From Phallusia mammillata (lineage: Eukaryota): a stretch of 64,000 nucleotides of DNA. The notes below the pieces were generated by a model, which saw nothing but the letters and a program-made list of their open reading frames with translations, ran no database searches and was not told the origin of the DNA. Location: assembly GCA_965637545.1 (NCBI GenBank), contig OZ281500.1, positions 2,108,001 to 2,172,000 on the forward strand, in the 5' to 3' direction. Both the position numbers and the translations under genes were made by a program. Every line of letters starts with the position of its first letter. The stretch's first letter is position 1. Below, in pieces: positions 13,496 to 25,600 of this stretch.

Positions 13496-13698
13496 CTATA
13501 CACGGACTTAAAGAGTATTTAATGAACATAACTGCCAAAGAACTTTTGTACATACAACCTGCACTGATGATGACAACAGTGATTGTTGAAACGCCTGCAT
13601 AATGTATTCTATATACATAAGTTCTTTGGCAGTTATGTTTATGATTAAACTGTTTTATGTTATGGTGGCAAAATCCGTTCCAAAATACATGCTGTAAA

Positions 13699-14015
13699 TA
13701 GAGCTGTAACTCGGTCCAGGCCTTGCGGCCTTGAATTTGGAAAACACCGGCTTGATTTGGGCATGACTTTAAAATTTTTTATCACATTTTTACCAACTTT
13801 TAGGCCTGATTAGGGCTTTACCAGTTGGAAAAATAGGGTTTGAACCGGGTTTTGGGCATGTACTTCGCGATCGGGCACAGCTTAACCAAACTCGCAGGAT
13901 TTGTACACTCGTAGTATACGGTGTATAAAACCAACTTGAATACACCCCAAAATCGAAGAAACACAACTGGGAGAATTGTCAAGAATATGCACTGACCGAT
14001 ATTCTTGCAGCTCCA
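13699..14015. mobile_element. Possible old TIR element; left-truncated homologs occur in each array unit (e.g. ~1495-1740)
   Basis: Ends TAGAGCTGTAA / TTGCAGCTCCA are imperfect inverted repeats; no convincing TSD. Confidence 0.35.
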
Positions 14016-15514
14016 GTGCAATCTATATGGGTCGCATGTTGCCAGCTTGGCCTCACATTCAGTTAACGGTCGTAAACTATACGAGCTTACTTTGGAAACA
14101 GTAAAAATATTTGCGCAAGATAAAAGTTATAATCCTTGCGACGAACGCAGAAACTGGCAATGGCTTTTTAGAAAGTTCAGTTCACTTACAATATTTGTAT
14201 CTCGATTTAGTTTTTACGCGGCGATTTAGTTTATAAATGTTTTAAATATGTTGTAACTATTGACTTTGTTAACAACAGCTTAAGACGATAAAAGCACTCT
14301 TGGCAATAGTTTTTTTGTGCACACTTACAAAATACACTCTGATAATGAAAGTAATAAACCTTCTTTATTAGTGATTTCCTGTTTAATTTTACCTTGTAAA
14401 TGGTAATTGCCCCTAAGCAGTTTTGTGATTATGCACTAAGACTTTAACAAATTTTTGTGGTTCTTTGTTTCTTTCGTGGAACACATTAACTTAACTTGTG
14501 TTACGTTTGCAATACACGAATAAAAGTCGGTTTATGTTTGCAATACAATAAACTTGTATAATGCCTATTTTATCGTCAGTAAAGCCAAGTGCTATTAATA
14601 AGTTTTACGGCAATAATTCTTGTTTTGCATTGCAAACAGCGGATTTACAATGCTGAATCAGACTCTCAAATTCATGATCGAGGACATACTATGTTTCATG
14701 CCATAAGTGTTCCGCCCGTTTCGACATAGTTTACTAGGCTGTCTCGAGCTTGTCAAATTTTGCGGTTCTGATCATAATATTACATTAACAACGTGTGCAT
14801 AACATTTAGGAATGGTGTTAATCACGTACGGCTGGGTTGTCTCAAACGGTGCCAAGCGAAAGTACGAAAACACACGACTAAGTAAATATTATGAAGTGCC
14901 AAACCATGTTTTTGAAGCAAGTCATCACCCCCCTGGTGGATTTTGTTTGCTTTGTCAAATACACAGATGTATTTTGCATTAAAAACGCCGGCTCATCGAT
15001 CTTGTGCATATATTAGCGCAAGAGTGTATTGGGTTTGAGTTGGAACGAAGCGAAATTTTGTAACATTAGGGAAAACAGTCGGAAAGGTTAAAATAAGTCA
15101 AGACGTGCATTCTTGCTTTGTATAGCATCACATATTGTTGAGGTTTTTCCCGGCTACAATTAAGCTGCTTTAAGTGGGGAAGTTACCCTTCCTGTGGAAA
15201 ATTGGCAAAGCGGTATTGAGCCTAGAATTAGTATGTTTTATGTTGCCCCGTCAACTAGCATAATTATTAAGACATATCGTTTAGTCTTACCCAGACAAAA
15301 TATCAGTAGAATTTAATTGCGGACTGGCAACGTCGTTTTATGTACACTTCTGTGGTCATCCTTTCTGCCTACTTTGCACTTTCAAGATAAGTGCACAAAG
15401 CCTTTAGAAGAGTCGAAGTCCATAGGCAGACAATGCTCAAACATTCTATTAGAAGTTGAAGTCCATCACGTATTATATAGGTTTGTGGTTTTCTGCCGCG
15501 CTATTTTGCCACTC

Positions 15515-15732
15515 AGCACTCGTTATTCACGTGATGGTTCCACACCGACAATCTGGAGCTAATTCTTGTTTGGCCAAATGTTTGCCCACCACAGCTTGGG
15601 TTTATGCAACCAGTGTTAGACTTTTCTTTTCCATGCTTTGGTCACGCGTTTTCTGCGTGAAGGGGGCGTGGTGTAGGTGTGTACCCGTCCTGGATTTTTG
15701 CCTCTTTCGTCATTTGCTTAACGAGTATAAAA
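15515..15732 (+). promoter_or_regulatory. Putative proximal promoter of SLC34 gene 1
   Basis: CACGTG at 15528-15533, CACGCG at 15643, GC-rich boxes, TATAAAA at 15726-15732. The CACGCG-to-TATA spacing (83 bp) is mirrored upstream of gene 2 (85 bp). Confidence 0.6.
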
Positions 15733-16084
15733 TGCTCGTCAAAACCCATGTAATCGCCAGTTCAGGAAAGATTTAGGCAAAGGATTATTTAAAATTGTCA
15801 TTTAGGTTGTTTTTCTTCCTGCAAGTAAGAGACATCCTCGTATTAAAACAAAAACGGGGTTAATTTTCTCAAGTCAAATTCAGTCAGAAACATTCCGCGT
15901 AAATTTTATTCAACTTATGCATCGTATGGCAGGCAGTGAAAGGCCCAACACTTTATACATATAGTTTAACGATTAAAATATATTTTAGGCCCTACAGCAA
16001 AAAAACTCTTAATATTTTTCTTAAAATCATAGAATTATAAATTAAAAATAAAAATTCGCTGCGTAAATTTGCAAAACAACAGAA

Positions 16085-19000
16085 ATGGCTGATAGCGGGA
16101 AAAAGGATTTGGAAATGTCAATCTCCGACAGCAGTAAGTTATGCGCTTTTGAGTTCGATCATAAAAACTATCAAGTCATATAAATGTATTTGCAAATACG
16201 TAGGTTTGGATGAAATACCTTTGGACAAAGATGATGGTCCTGAAAACGACGATGCTTGGGCAATAAAATGGGACAAAGATGGTAAATGTTAAAATTTTGA
16301 ATTTTAACATTTAAGTTTTCTCTTTAAGTTAGCTGCAAATATTCCTTCTAAAGCAACGCAAAACTGGATAGAAAAATTTGCCAACATGTATATTTAATTT
16401 TCTGCAAGTTCGTTGTAATACAACAGCGGTATAAATCTATTTCGAACGAAATTCTTTAAGTATGAATCAGTGGTCAGCAACCGCCGAGCCGAGGCCCGGT
16501 CCTCGAGGAGTTCGTTAACGGGCCGTATACTTTTAAAGGTAGCCGGTCCGTGTTAAAAATGCACTTTTATAAAACGGTCCGCAGTGCATAGAAGCTTGCC
16601 GACCCGTGAAGTAAACGATCGGATATAAAGTGGCGCGGCCAGTACCGGACGGTGGAGATTTGGTACCGGGCAGCACAGAAACAGTAGGTAGCTTATTGTC
16701 CGTTGTACTTAAGGCCCCTAGGGGGAATAATCTATCACCCCTAGGTGGAAGTACCGTATTGCAACAACATAAACCCAGTGACTTACTAAATCAACGTGAT
16801 TGTGACCGATGAGTTACAAAACTGAAACTTTCGTCCTTTTTAGGCGGCTGCAATAATTTGCCTGGTTTAAACCGGTGCGTAGTGCGTAAAGGTTTGCCAC
16901 CGATGAAAATGCATTTTTGTATCACAGATGATTACGAGAAATGGAGCGACAAAACAACAAAAGAAAAAGTAAAAGCTGTTGCAATATCTTTAGTGAAGAT
17001 CACTGTGGTTCTGGGATGCTTATACGTCTTTATATGTTCCATAAGCATGCTTGGAGACTCGTTTCAAATTCTAGGTATGACTTCTATAATCTTAACTTAT
17101 TATTTCATAGAAATTTTATCCGTTTTTTTTCAACAGCTGGAAAGACGGCGGGTGAAATCTTCTCAAACGATTCGTTCCTTAGCAACCCGATCACTGGTCT
17201 CATCATCGGTATCCTGGTAACGGTTCTGGTTCAGAGCTCATCCACTTCCACATCCATTGTCATCACCATGGTTGCATCGGGAAGTAAGTGACATAGTGTA
17301 TAGGCCAGAACTAACTTAGGTCATCAAAAGTTGGTCAACGTTCATTACAAATGCAAATCATAATTTTGTAAATAATCAAATCACAAGAAACAAAAAATGT
17401 ACCTTGTAAATTCAAAGATTATAATGTAATGACCCATAGAGTCAACACTTTATTCACTAATTCGTAATTTTGCCATAACTTTAACCTGAGTTATATTCAA
17501 TTCAGTTTTGTCGGTGGAAAACGCGGTCTACATTATAATGGGCACCAATATCGGAACTTCAGTCACAAACACGATCGTCTCGTTGTCGCAATCCATGGAC
17601 AAACAAGAGTTTAGGAGGTAATTTTCAGTGAGTAATGTAAAGGGAATCCCGGACAAAATTTCTTGTCAACAGTTTGGCCGTTGTAACGACCTTTGTAAAC
17701 ACCAATGGCGTCCAAAAAGTCATATTTCCTTTATGATTGTGTGTGCGCATCTAATACGTACTAAAACTTCATCGTAGCTAAATCCAACTTTCGGGTCTAC
17801 GTAACTACGACTTTAATATGCATTTACGAATTTGCATCTGAAAGGCAGAGCAATCAACTACATTACATCCATTTTTAGTGGACCATGTTTTGTCTGCCTT
17901 AGTCATTGCGACTGACTTGCTGTGATTTAATTTTAAAGTTCTTTCTCCTTAACCGCTGTTTACTGCAGCCACCGCATTTTATTCGCAGCCGTGTCCTGTG
18001 TTTTTCGTGACGCTTAGCAACAATGCGTCACTGTGGTAAACGAGTTTATGTGCACGTAAACACATTTTTAATACATTACTTAATCCCGTATTTTTGTCCA
18101 AATAACCCTAAACCTTAACAGCGTAAAATGTTAAAAACAAGTGTTTCGAAACAGGGCATTTGCTGGTGCCACCGTGCACGACATCTTCAATCTGCTCTCA
18201 GTGCTTATACTCCTGCCTCTGGAAGTGGTCTCAGGTTACTTAGAAGTGATGACAAAAGCAATTATCACTTCTTTTCACATTCAAGGTGGCGCCGATGCAC
18301 CAGACATGCTCAAGGTACTAAGACTTAAGCTGTGAAATATGTGTGCAAGCAGTGGTGGCATTTAGCCGGTTCGCACCGGTTCTATAGAACCGTCTCACGA
18401 AATTTTACGAGTTTAGCGAACCGGTTAGCATTACTGGTTACTGTCAATGGACTTTTTGTAACAGAACCGGCTGAAAAATATGACTTTTGTGATATAACGG
18501 ACTGACAATAAAAATTGAATCCCACCACTGTGTGCAAGTAATGTGTGAACTGAATACTTACACGCGGCTGTCTTGTGCTCAGGTCATAACTGATCCATTG
18601 GTGAAGTCTATTGTGCAAATAAACAAGACTGTTATCACACTTGTAGCACAAGAGGTCCCCCTTGAGCCAGAATCGAGCATGATCAATGTAAGTGACAACG
18701 TAAAGTGACAAACCCTTCAAATATTAATTATGTTTTTCGTGGTTTTAGATTTGGTGCGAGTCAAGACCTGGTTACATTAACGTTACTGAATCTTACAACC
18801 AAACTATTGGCGTTACGAATTCTACAGCAGCTTACACAACCTCTGTGATGGAAATGACGACAATATACGAGCAAGAAGTTGTTGTTGGTGTAAGAAAATG
18901 TAGGTTTTTGCCTTTCCAACATACAATAAATAATAAAATATGCGCAAAATTAAGCTACAGTTTCGACCAATATACAGTGCACACTGTTTCGACCAATAAG

Positions 19001-21293
19001 ATCTCATCAGTGCAGACGGCTACACTAGCCACTATGGCCTATGTCTTATCACTAGTTACACTGATGAGACCTAATAGGTCGAACTGTTTGCAGCTTTTAC
19101 ATTTATTGGCATGATGGCGTTATATTTCTTTACGGGTTTGTCTACTGATACTAACGTTATGCTGGAGCAAAAGTCTTACATCTGTTTTTTTATTTAGGCA
19201 AGTCACCGGAAGATTTTCTTTTTGCTAACACTGGCCTCTCCGATGTCGAGGCGGGTGTGATCCTTTTGATAGTGTCTCTTATCATCCTTTGCACATGTCT
19301 TATTCTCATGGTAAAAGTTCTCAACTCTATGATGCAAGGCACTGTATCACGGGTTATTAAAAAGGTCATCAACACCAACTTTAGATACCCCTTCGGCTGG
19401 GTAACAGGTAAATTTGTAGTGTTTCTCGACATTAAAAATTATAATTATTTTTTTAATACTTCGGAGTGGGCGGCATCAGGGTTTGATAAACCAGGCATAA
19501 TCTATTGTTTGAGCTAGTTTTGTCACATATAATCCCAGAAAATGTGAATGCAAAAGTACAAAATATGCTGTTTGCTGCCGTGCTAATTGAAAAATCTACT
19601 AACACCATTCCCAACGTCAGCCGCACATTTAGCTAAATTTTGAAGTGCGCAAAGAGCTCGAATACCTATTCAAACGGGATTTCTCCAAAAATGCAGACAG
19701 TTAGTGTTGTTACTATAACCACTAAATGGTTGTTACTAGGGATGGGCCAAAACTGCAAGTGTTCTGTTTGGTCGAGCACCGAGCATCACTCTTTAATGCT
19801 CGGTGCTCGGCTGAGCACGCTCGGTGCATTATGACGTCACAAAAAAATCCCCTTTCTACGTTTTTGCTCTACAAGGCCTCTCACGTCACCGGCGGTGTTT
19901 TATTAAGCTGTACATGCCCTTTAAGTACGCGTTTTCCACCATCTAGTGCATTTGAAAAATCATTCGTTTTAGTTTATAGACTCCCTTTAGAACACTAGTT
20001 ACATATGTTAGCAGCGCACGAATATGCGAATTTAACGCTCGGGTCAGTTTGTGCAACTGCTCGGCCGAGCACCGAGCATTAAAAACAGCGATGCTCGGTA
20101 CCGAGTACTCGGGTTCTGGCTCGGTTCGGCCCATCCCTAGTTGTTACTATAACCACTAAATGGCGATGACTGCAGAGATTTTGGGCAATAAAATGCATTT
20201 ACGTTGTCAACGCTCTCTCTAGCACAGTGGTTATCAACCTTCCATTGACCGTGGCCCCCTAAAAGTAACTTTCGGGTCCGGTGGTTGCCTTTTATATTAC
20301 CCTATAAAACCTGTTGCCCCGACACACACTCAATTCTGCGCATTATAAAAGAAAAAAAGACTCATTGACTTTCGGTGAATGATTTTCTCCGAAATAAAGA
20401 TCGTGGCCCCTTGTGGGGGAGGGGGCAAGGGCGCTGGTTAAGAACCCCTGCTCTAGCACTTGTTTTTGACCAAACTTCACCAACAGTAATTAACTTAGCT
20501 ACTGCTTAACCTTGATTTATTGTAACCACTGATGTTCGCAGGTTATCTTGCAATGGTCGTTGGTGCTGGAATCACTTTCGTAGTGCAAAGCAGTTCGGTT
20601 TTCACCTCGACAATGACTCCTCTCGTTGGGATCGGAGTAATCAGTCTGAAGCGAATGTACCCTCTTACTTTGGGTTCCAACATCGGCACGACCACCACAA
20701 GTATATTAGCTGCTCTCGCCAGCGACCCGTCCAGGCTTGAGGACTCTTTACAAATTTCCCTGGTTCATTTGTTCTTCAACATAACCGGTATCCTTATCTG
20801 GTATCCGATTCCCTTTATGCGCATCCCCATCAGAGGAGCAAAGTTCCTTGGCAACACGACGGCTGAGTACCGATGGTTTGCTGTACTTTATCTCATCAGC
20901 GTCTTTTTCCTCATCCCAATTATCCTCCTGGCACTCTCGATTGCTGATCTCTGGGCTCTTCTCTCTGTGGTGATCTTGGTAGCTGTGATCGTGATCTTCA
21001 TCGTAGCAACCAATCTTCTTCAGACGCACAAACCACAGTGGCTTCCCGCATCAATGAGGACGTGGGAGTTTCTTCCCCTTCCGATGCGATCCCTTCAACC
21101 TTACGATCGCATCATGACCAAGTATCTTCTCTGCAAATGCTGCTGCAAGGGAGCAGTTGTGGATGCAGAAGATAAGGATGTGGAAAGTATTGAATCTTCT
21201 TCTGCTCAATCATCACCTCCTCCTTACTCAATAGATGGAGCAGATAACGAAGCGTTTACGCCTGAGGATAAAACTCACGTGACTGCTTTTTAG
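16085..21293 (+). CDS. SLC34A: Type II Na+/phosphate cotransporter (NaPi-II), paralog 1, ~636 aa, 10 exons
   Basis: Exons 16085-16133, 16204-16281, 16928-17074, 17137-17283, 17506-17617, 18155-18314, 18583-18687, 18749-18899, 19198-19407, 20542-21293; all GT-AG, frame consistent (1911 nt). Two QSSS repeats, [25 protein letters not shown]-terminal CKCCC and TAF. Confidence 0.96.
16468..16608. mobile_element. Short hAT-like MITE in SLC34-1 intron 2
   Basis: Imperfect TIRs CAGTGGTCAGCAA / TTGCCGACCCGTG; TSD not evident. Confidence 0.5.
18350..18530. mobile_element. hAT MITE (CAGTGGTGG family) in SLC34-1 intron 6
   Basis: TIRs CAGTGGTGG/CCACCACTG, perfect TSD TGTGCAAG; sister copy at 53715-53902. 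Confidence 0.9.
19737..20139. mobile_element. hAT MITE (TAGGGATGGG termini) in SLC34-1 intron 9
   Basis: TIRs TAGGGATGGGCC/GGCCCATCCCTA, perfect TSD GTTGTTAC, subterminal CTCGG/CCGAG repeats. Confidence 0.92.
20225..20450. mobile_element. hAT MITE in SLC34-1 intron 9
   Basis: CAGTGGTTATCAACC / GGTTAAGAACCCCTG termini, perfect TSD CTCTAGCA. Confidence 0.9.
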
Positions 21294-22199
21294 TACGATG
21301 AGGTTTGTGAGAATTGAATACAGATTGCACTTATGCTGCCAATAGAAGAGCCATCGAATCAAAATGGATCCAACAACTATGATGTTTAGCTGATGTACTA
21401 CTGATACATCGACACATAGTTAAGTGTCCACGACTTATTTGTACATACCGATCAATGCAAACAGGTCAAAACTGCTTGGAATGTTATTTAAATGAAGGCA
21501 AATGAATTTTATTGTCACTGTATTATGATTAAGTTCTAGTACTACGCAAATTTGTTTGAATAGTTTTTATTGTTTTATTTCATTGATATTTTGTGATTTT
21601 TTTCAATCTTCAAGTTCTCATTCAGTGTTTCTTTTTGTTAATTTTTAGTATTACATAAAAATTCTTGGTCTTTTGTTGCAGCAAATGTTTGAAAAAATGT
21701 AGATTTCATTTTCGGTGCGACAATGAACGTTAAACACTTCTTTCCGGGGCAAAAAGATTTTGTACAAGGGGAGATTTTTTTGGATTTTTTTAACTTTAGT
21801 CGTTTTGTTAACAAATTTCTAATCTTTATAGTAAACTCTAAACTATATATAAGTGATACTCCATACACGAACCATTTTTTCTTTTAAATTCCTTATTGTA
21901 CATTTTTGGACACTTTTTTGGACTCATTTATAAGTCTCCTAACTGTTATCTTGTTAGAAACAAGCAACAACCTGAAATCGAAAATCGTATACTGATATGC
22001 CAAATTAGATTTTAGTTACCAAAAAATTGCGAAAATGACCTAGTCCTAAAGTCATATCGAATCTGCCAAGAAACGTTAGATCAACATTTTAACAGCATCG
22101 ACGCTTTTGGACAGGAACCGCCATTTAAAACTTTGCACGAATGTTTGCACTACTCAGGCCAAAGTATCGGTCCGTAGTCAGCGGGATTTCGCAACTTCA

Positions 22200-22295
22200 G
22201 GATCACGCGTGTTCGGCGTGTGTGGGTGGGGCAGGGGCGTTACCGGGGACGTAGTAACAAGTTGGGTCCGTTCTTTGTGACTGTTGGGTATAAAA
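22200..22295 (+). promoter_or_regulatory. Putative proximal promoter of SLC34 gene 2
   Basis: TCACGCGTGTTCGGCGTG at 22203, GGGTGGGGCAGGGGCG box, TATAAAA at 22289-22295; ~450 bp before the ATG, as in gene 1. Confidence 0.6.
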
Positions 22296-22654
22296 CTGTT
22301 CCCCCACGGCTCAGTTTGCAACCAGAAAATTGCGAAAGTTGCTGAAATTATCAACTGGCAGTGAAGGGAATTTGTAGTAAGAATATTTTTTAAAATGTTC
22401 ACAATTAATATTTTGTGTAATATGTCATATGTGGTGAAGTATATGGTTCGATATGCTTAATGCCGAAATGAAGCGGAAATCTAGTCAAGTTTAGACAAGT
22501 TTCTGTAATGTTGTTTTGCAAACATACGAACGATATAAAATATGTTTTGTTTTTGAATAATTTTTTGTTTTGCTTTAATCAGAACCAACCCGGCATTACT
22601 AACTTAAACCTTAACCTAAAATTTACACTAATTTCTCAAAAACAAACAACAATA

Positions 22655-25600
22655 ATGGCCTGTGCAGAAAAAACTGATTTAAAAACTGGAATTAGCACAA
22701 AGGGTAAGTTTTTTTCGGGTTTCTGCGTTTTTTAATTTGCCACCACTAATTTTGCCAACTACTATAGGTTTTGACGACATTCCTTTGGAAATAGAAGAAA
22801 AACCTAAGGAAGAAGAAGATGCTTGGGCAATTAAGTGGGACCAAGACGGTAAACATGTGGTTTTAAGTTGCTTGTTGAGTTTGTCTTTTTGTCTGCGAAG
22901 TCACCAATATTGTATGAACATAAGGCTTCGTGCAAACAAGTGATAATAGGGTCATGTGTTTTGCTCCTACTGCAAGCTATTCTGTTGCAATCCATACCGT
23001 GGTTTGTGAAACATACAGTACCTAATTAATATCCATTTATTCGCTGGATTATGGATAGATGTTGTAGCTACAACCTTTTATTGTGTTTTTTTCCAGATGA
23101 TTATGAACCATGGAGCGAAAAAACTACCACAGAAAAAGTAAAATCGGTGCTGTTGACCTTGACCAAGGTCACCGTGGTGCTGGGATGCTTATACGTCTTT
23201 ATTTGTTCTATTAGCATGCTTGGAGACGCATTCCAAATTCTAGGTAAAAATGCAGCTACATACATACATAACTGTAAGATAATCTTTAGGCAGTGATCGA
23301 TACTTGGATCTCAAAACAAATGCAAAATATCAAGGAGTAGAGTTTGTTTTTTGAAAAATTATCAACATGGCAAAAGTGGTACATGCATTACAGCTGGAAA
23401 GACGGCGGGTGAAATCTTCTCAAACGATTCGTTCCTTAGCAATCCGATCACTGGCCTCATAATCGGTATCCTGGTAACGGTGCTGGTTCAGAGCTCATCC
23501 ACTTCCACATCCATTGTCATCACCATGGTTGCATCGGGAAGTAAGTGACGTCATTGCATATCGGTTTGAACAAAACAAAAACCGGCGGGGTCGCTATAAC
23601 GATGTAAAAATGCACTGCCATAATAGCGCATTAGTCACAGTTTTCTGAAATAAAATCCCACTTAAGTTCTGTTACAGTTCTGTTGCCAACCGCTAGTTTA
23701 TAACATTAAACTATTCGCAGTATTGTCGGTGGAAAACGCAGTCTACATTATAATGGGAACCAACATCGGAACTTCAGTTACAAACACGATCGTCTCGTTG
23801 TCGCAATCCATGGACAAGGAGCAGTTCAGAAGGTAATTTACCATAATAACCATCGAAATTGCCACACAAAATATTGGTTAAATCAAACCGCCTTATCTAT
23901 TCAGAGCTTTCGCCGGGGCAACCGTCCACGACATTTTCAATCTTCTCACTGTGTTGGTGTTTCTACCACTTGAGGTCGTATCAGGGTACCTTGTCGCTAT
24001 AACAGAAGCCATTATCACGTCTTTCCACATCCAGGGTGGCTCAGACGCTCCTGACATGCTCCAGGTAAAGCTGCTCTTAACCTCTGCAACTACACCAGAA
24101 AGCCTTTAAAATGTCGCTTCCATTTGCGTTCAGGTTATAACCGACCCCTTGGTGAAGTCTATCGTGCAAATCAATGAAACCGTGATCACATTAGTTGCTC
24201 AGATGGTGCCACTTGAGCCGGAATCAAGCATGATCAATGTAAGGACTCATATACAACATTATGACTTGTACATCGCGCTTTTATTACTGCAGGAATCAGC
24301 CTGTGTAACAGAGTGTTGACCGACGGATCTGTCTTCATTTATCAAATAAACAAAATACTCAAGAAGAGCGGCAGGCGATCAGAGTCAGTGTAAGAAAAGC
24401 GGCGATATTATACTGACGCTAATCGTCTGCCGCCCTGTTTGAGTAAATTCTGTGTATTATTTCAGTGAAAAGTATTTATTTACTGTTTTTGCTACCTCTA
24501 AATTAAAGCTCTTGGTAGATTTGGTGCGAGTCAAGACCAGGTTACATTAACGTCACTGAATCTTACAACCAAACTATTGGCATTACGAATTCTACAGCAG
24601 CTTACACAACCTCTGTGATGGAAATGACGACAATATACGAGCAAGAAGTCGTTGTTGGCGTAAGAAAATGTAGGTTATAGTGCTCACTTACGGGTGGTGT
24701 AGTCCAGGGGATCTCAACCTTTCTTGCTCTGCGATCTCATTTTAGAAAAGAAATTTCTACGTGACCCCTTGATGAGTATAGCCTATATACACGTGAATGA
24801 TGTTTAAACAATAAATTTACGCACGTATACCATTTATTGTGACAGGGACATAATAACGCATGGTGTTTCGCGACCCCAAAATTATATTGCGCGACCCCAA
24901 TTTAGATCGCGATCCACAGTTTGAGAAGCCCTGAGAAGACTATACTATAGTCCACCTATGTTATTCCTGTTTTCCTTTGATAAATCTGTATTGTAGATGA
25001 TAAAATTCGTCTTTTCACAGGCAAATCTCCCGATGATTTCCTATTTGCAAACACTGGTTTGTCGGATGTGGAGGCAGGAATAATTCTTCTCGTGGTGTCT
25101 CTAATTATCCTCTGCTCTTGCCTCCTAATCATGGTCAAAGTCTTAAACTCAATGATGCAGGGTAGTGTATCGAGGATCATCAAAAAAATTGTCAACACCA
25201 ATTTCAAGTACCCGTTTGGATGGGTTACAGGTTCGTTAAACAACCTCACGTATCAGACTCAAGTCAAAGTCTCAAATTCTAATGGTTTGTGTACATTTAG
25301 GTTACTTGGCTATGCTTGTTGGTGCTGGTATCACTTTTGTTGTGCAAAGCAGTTCGGTTTTCACTTCCACCCTTACTCCTCTCGTTGGGATCGGAGTAAT
25401 CAGCATTAACAGAATGTACCCGCTCTCATTGGGTTCCAACATCGGCACGACCACCACAAGTATATTAGCCGCTCTCGCCAGCGATCCGTCCAGATTGGAG
25501 GAATCTTTGCAAATTTCATTGGTTCATTTGTTTTTTAATATTTCCGGGATTTTACTTTGGTATCCTGTTCCCTTTATGCGCATCCCCATCAGAGGAGCAA

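Larger units (their letters stand above)
12290..15690. repeat. Diverged, insertion-interrupted copy of the array unit directly upstream of SLC34 gene 1
   Basis: Colinear blocks: 12290-12470 matches unit 800-1000; 13030-13150 matches 1295-1410; 13880-14057 matches 1610-1780; 15515-15690 matches 1785-1955. Extra sequence at ~12470-12900, 13177-13495 and ~14062-15515. Confidence 0.85.

Noticed and set aside
20748-21029. Antisense ORFs over SLC34 exon 10 (also 25552-25788) and over the connexins and eRF3
   Set aside because: Shadows of the sense coding frames; their similarity follows from the conversion tract.
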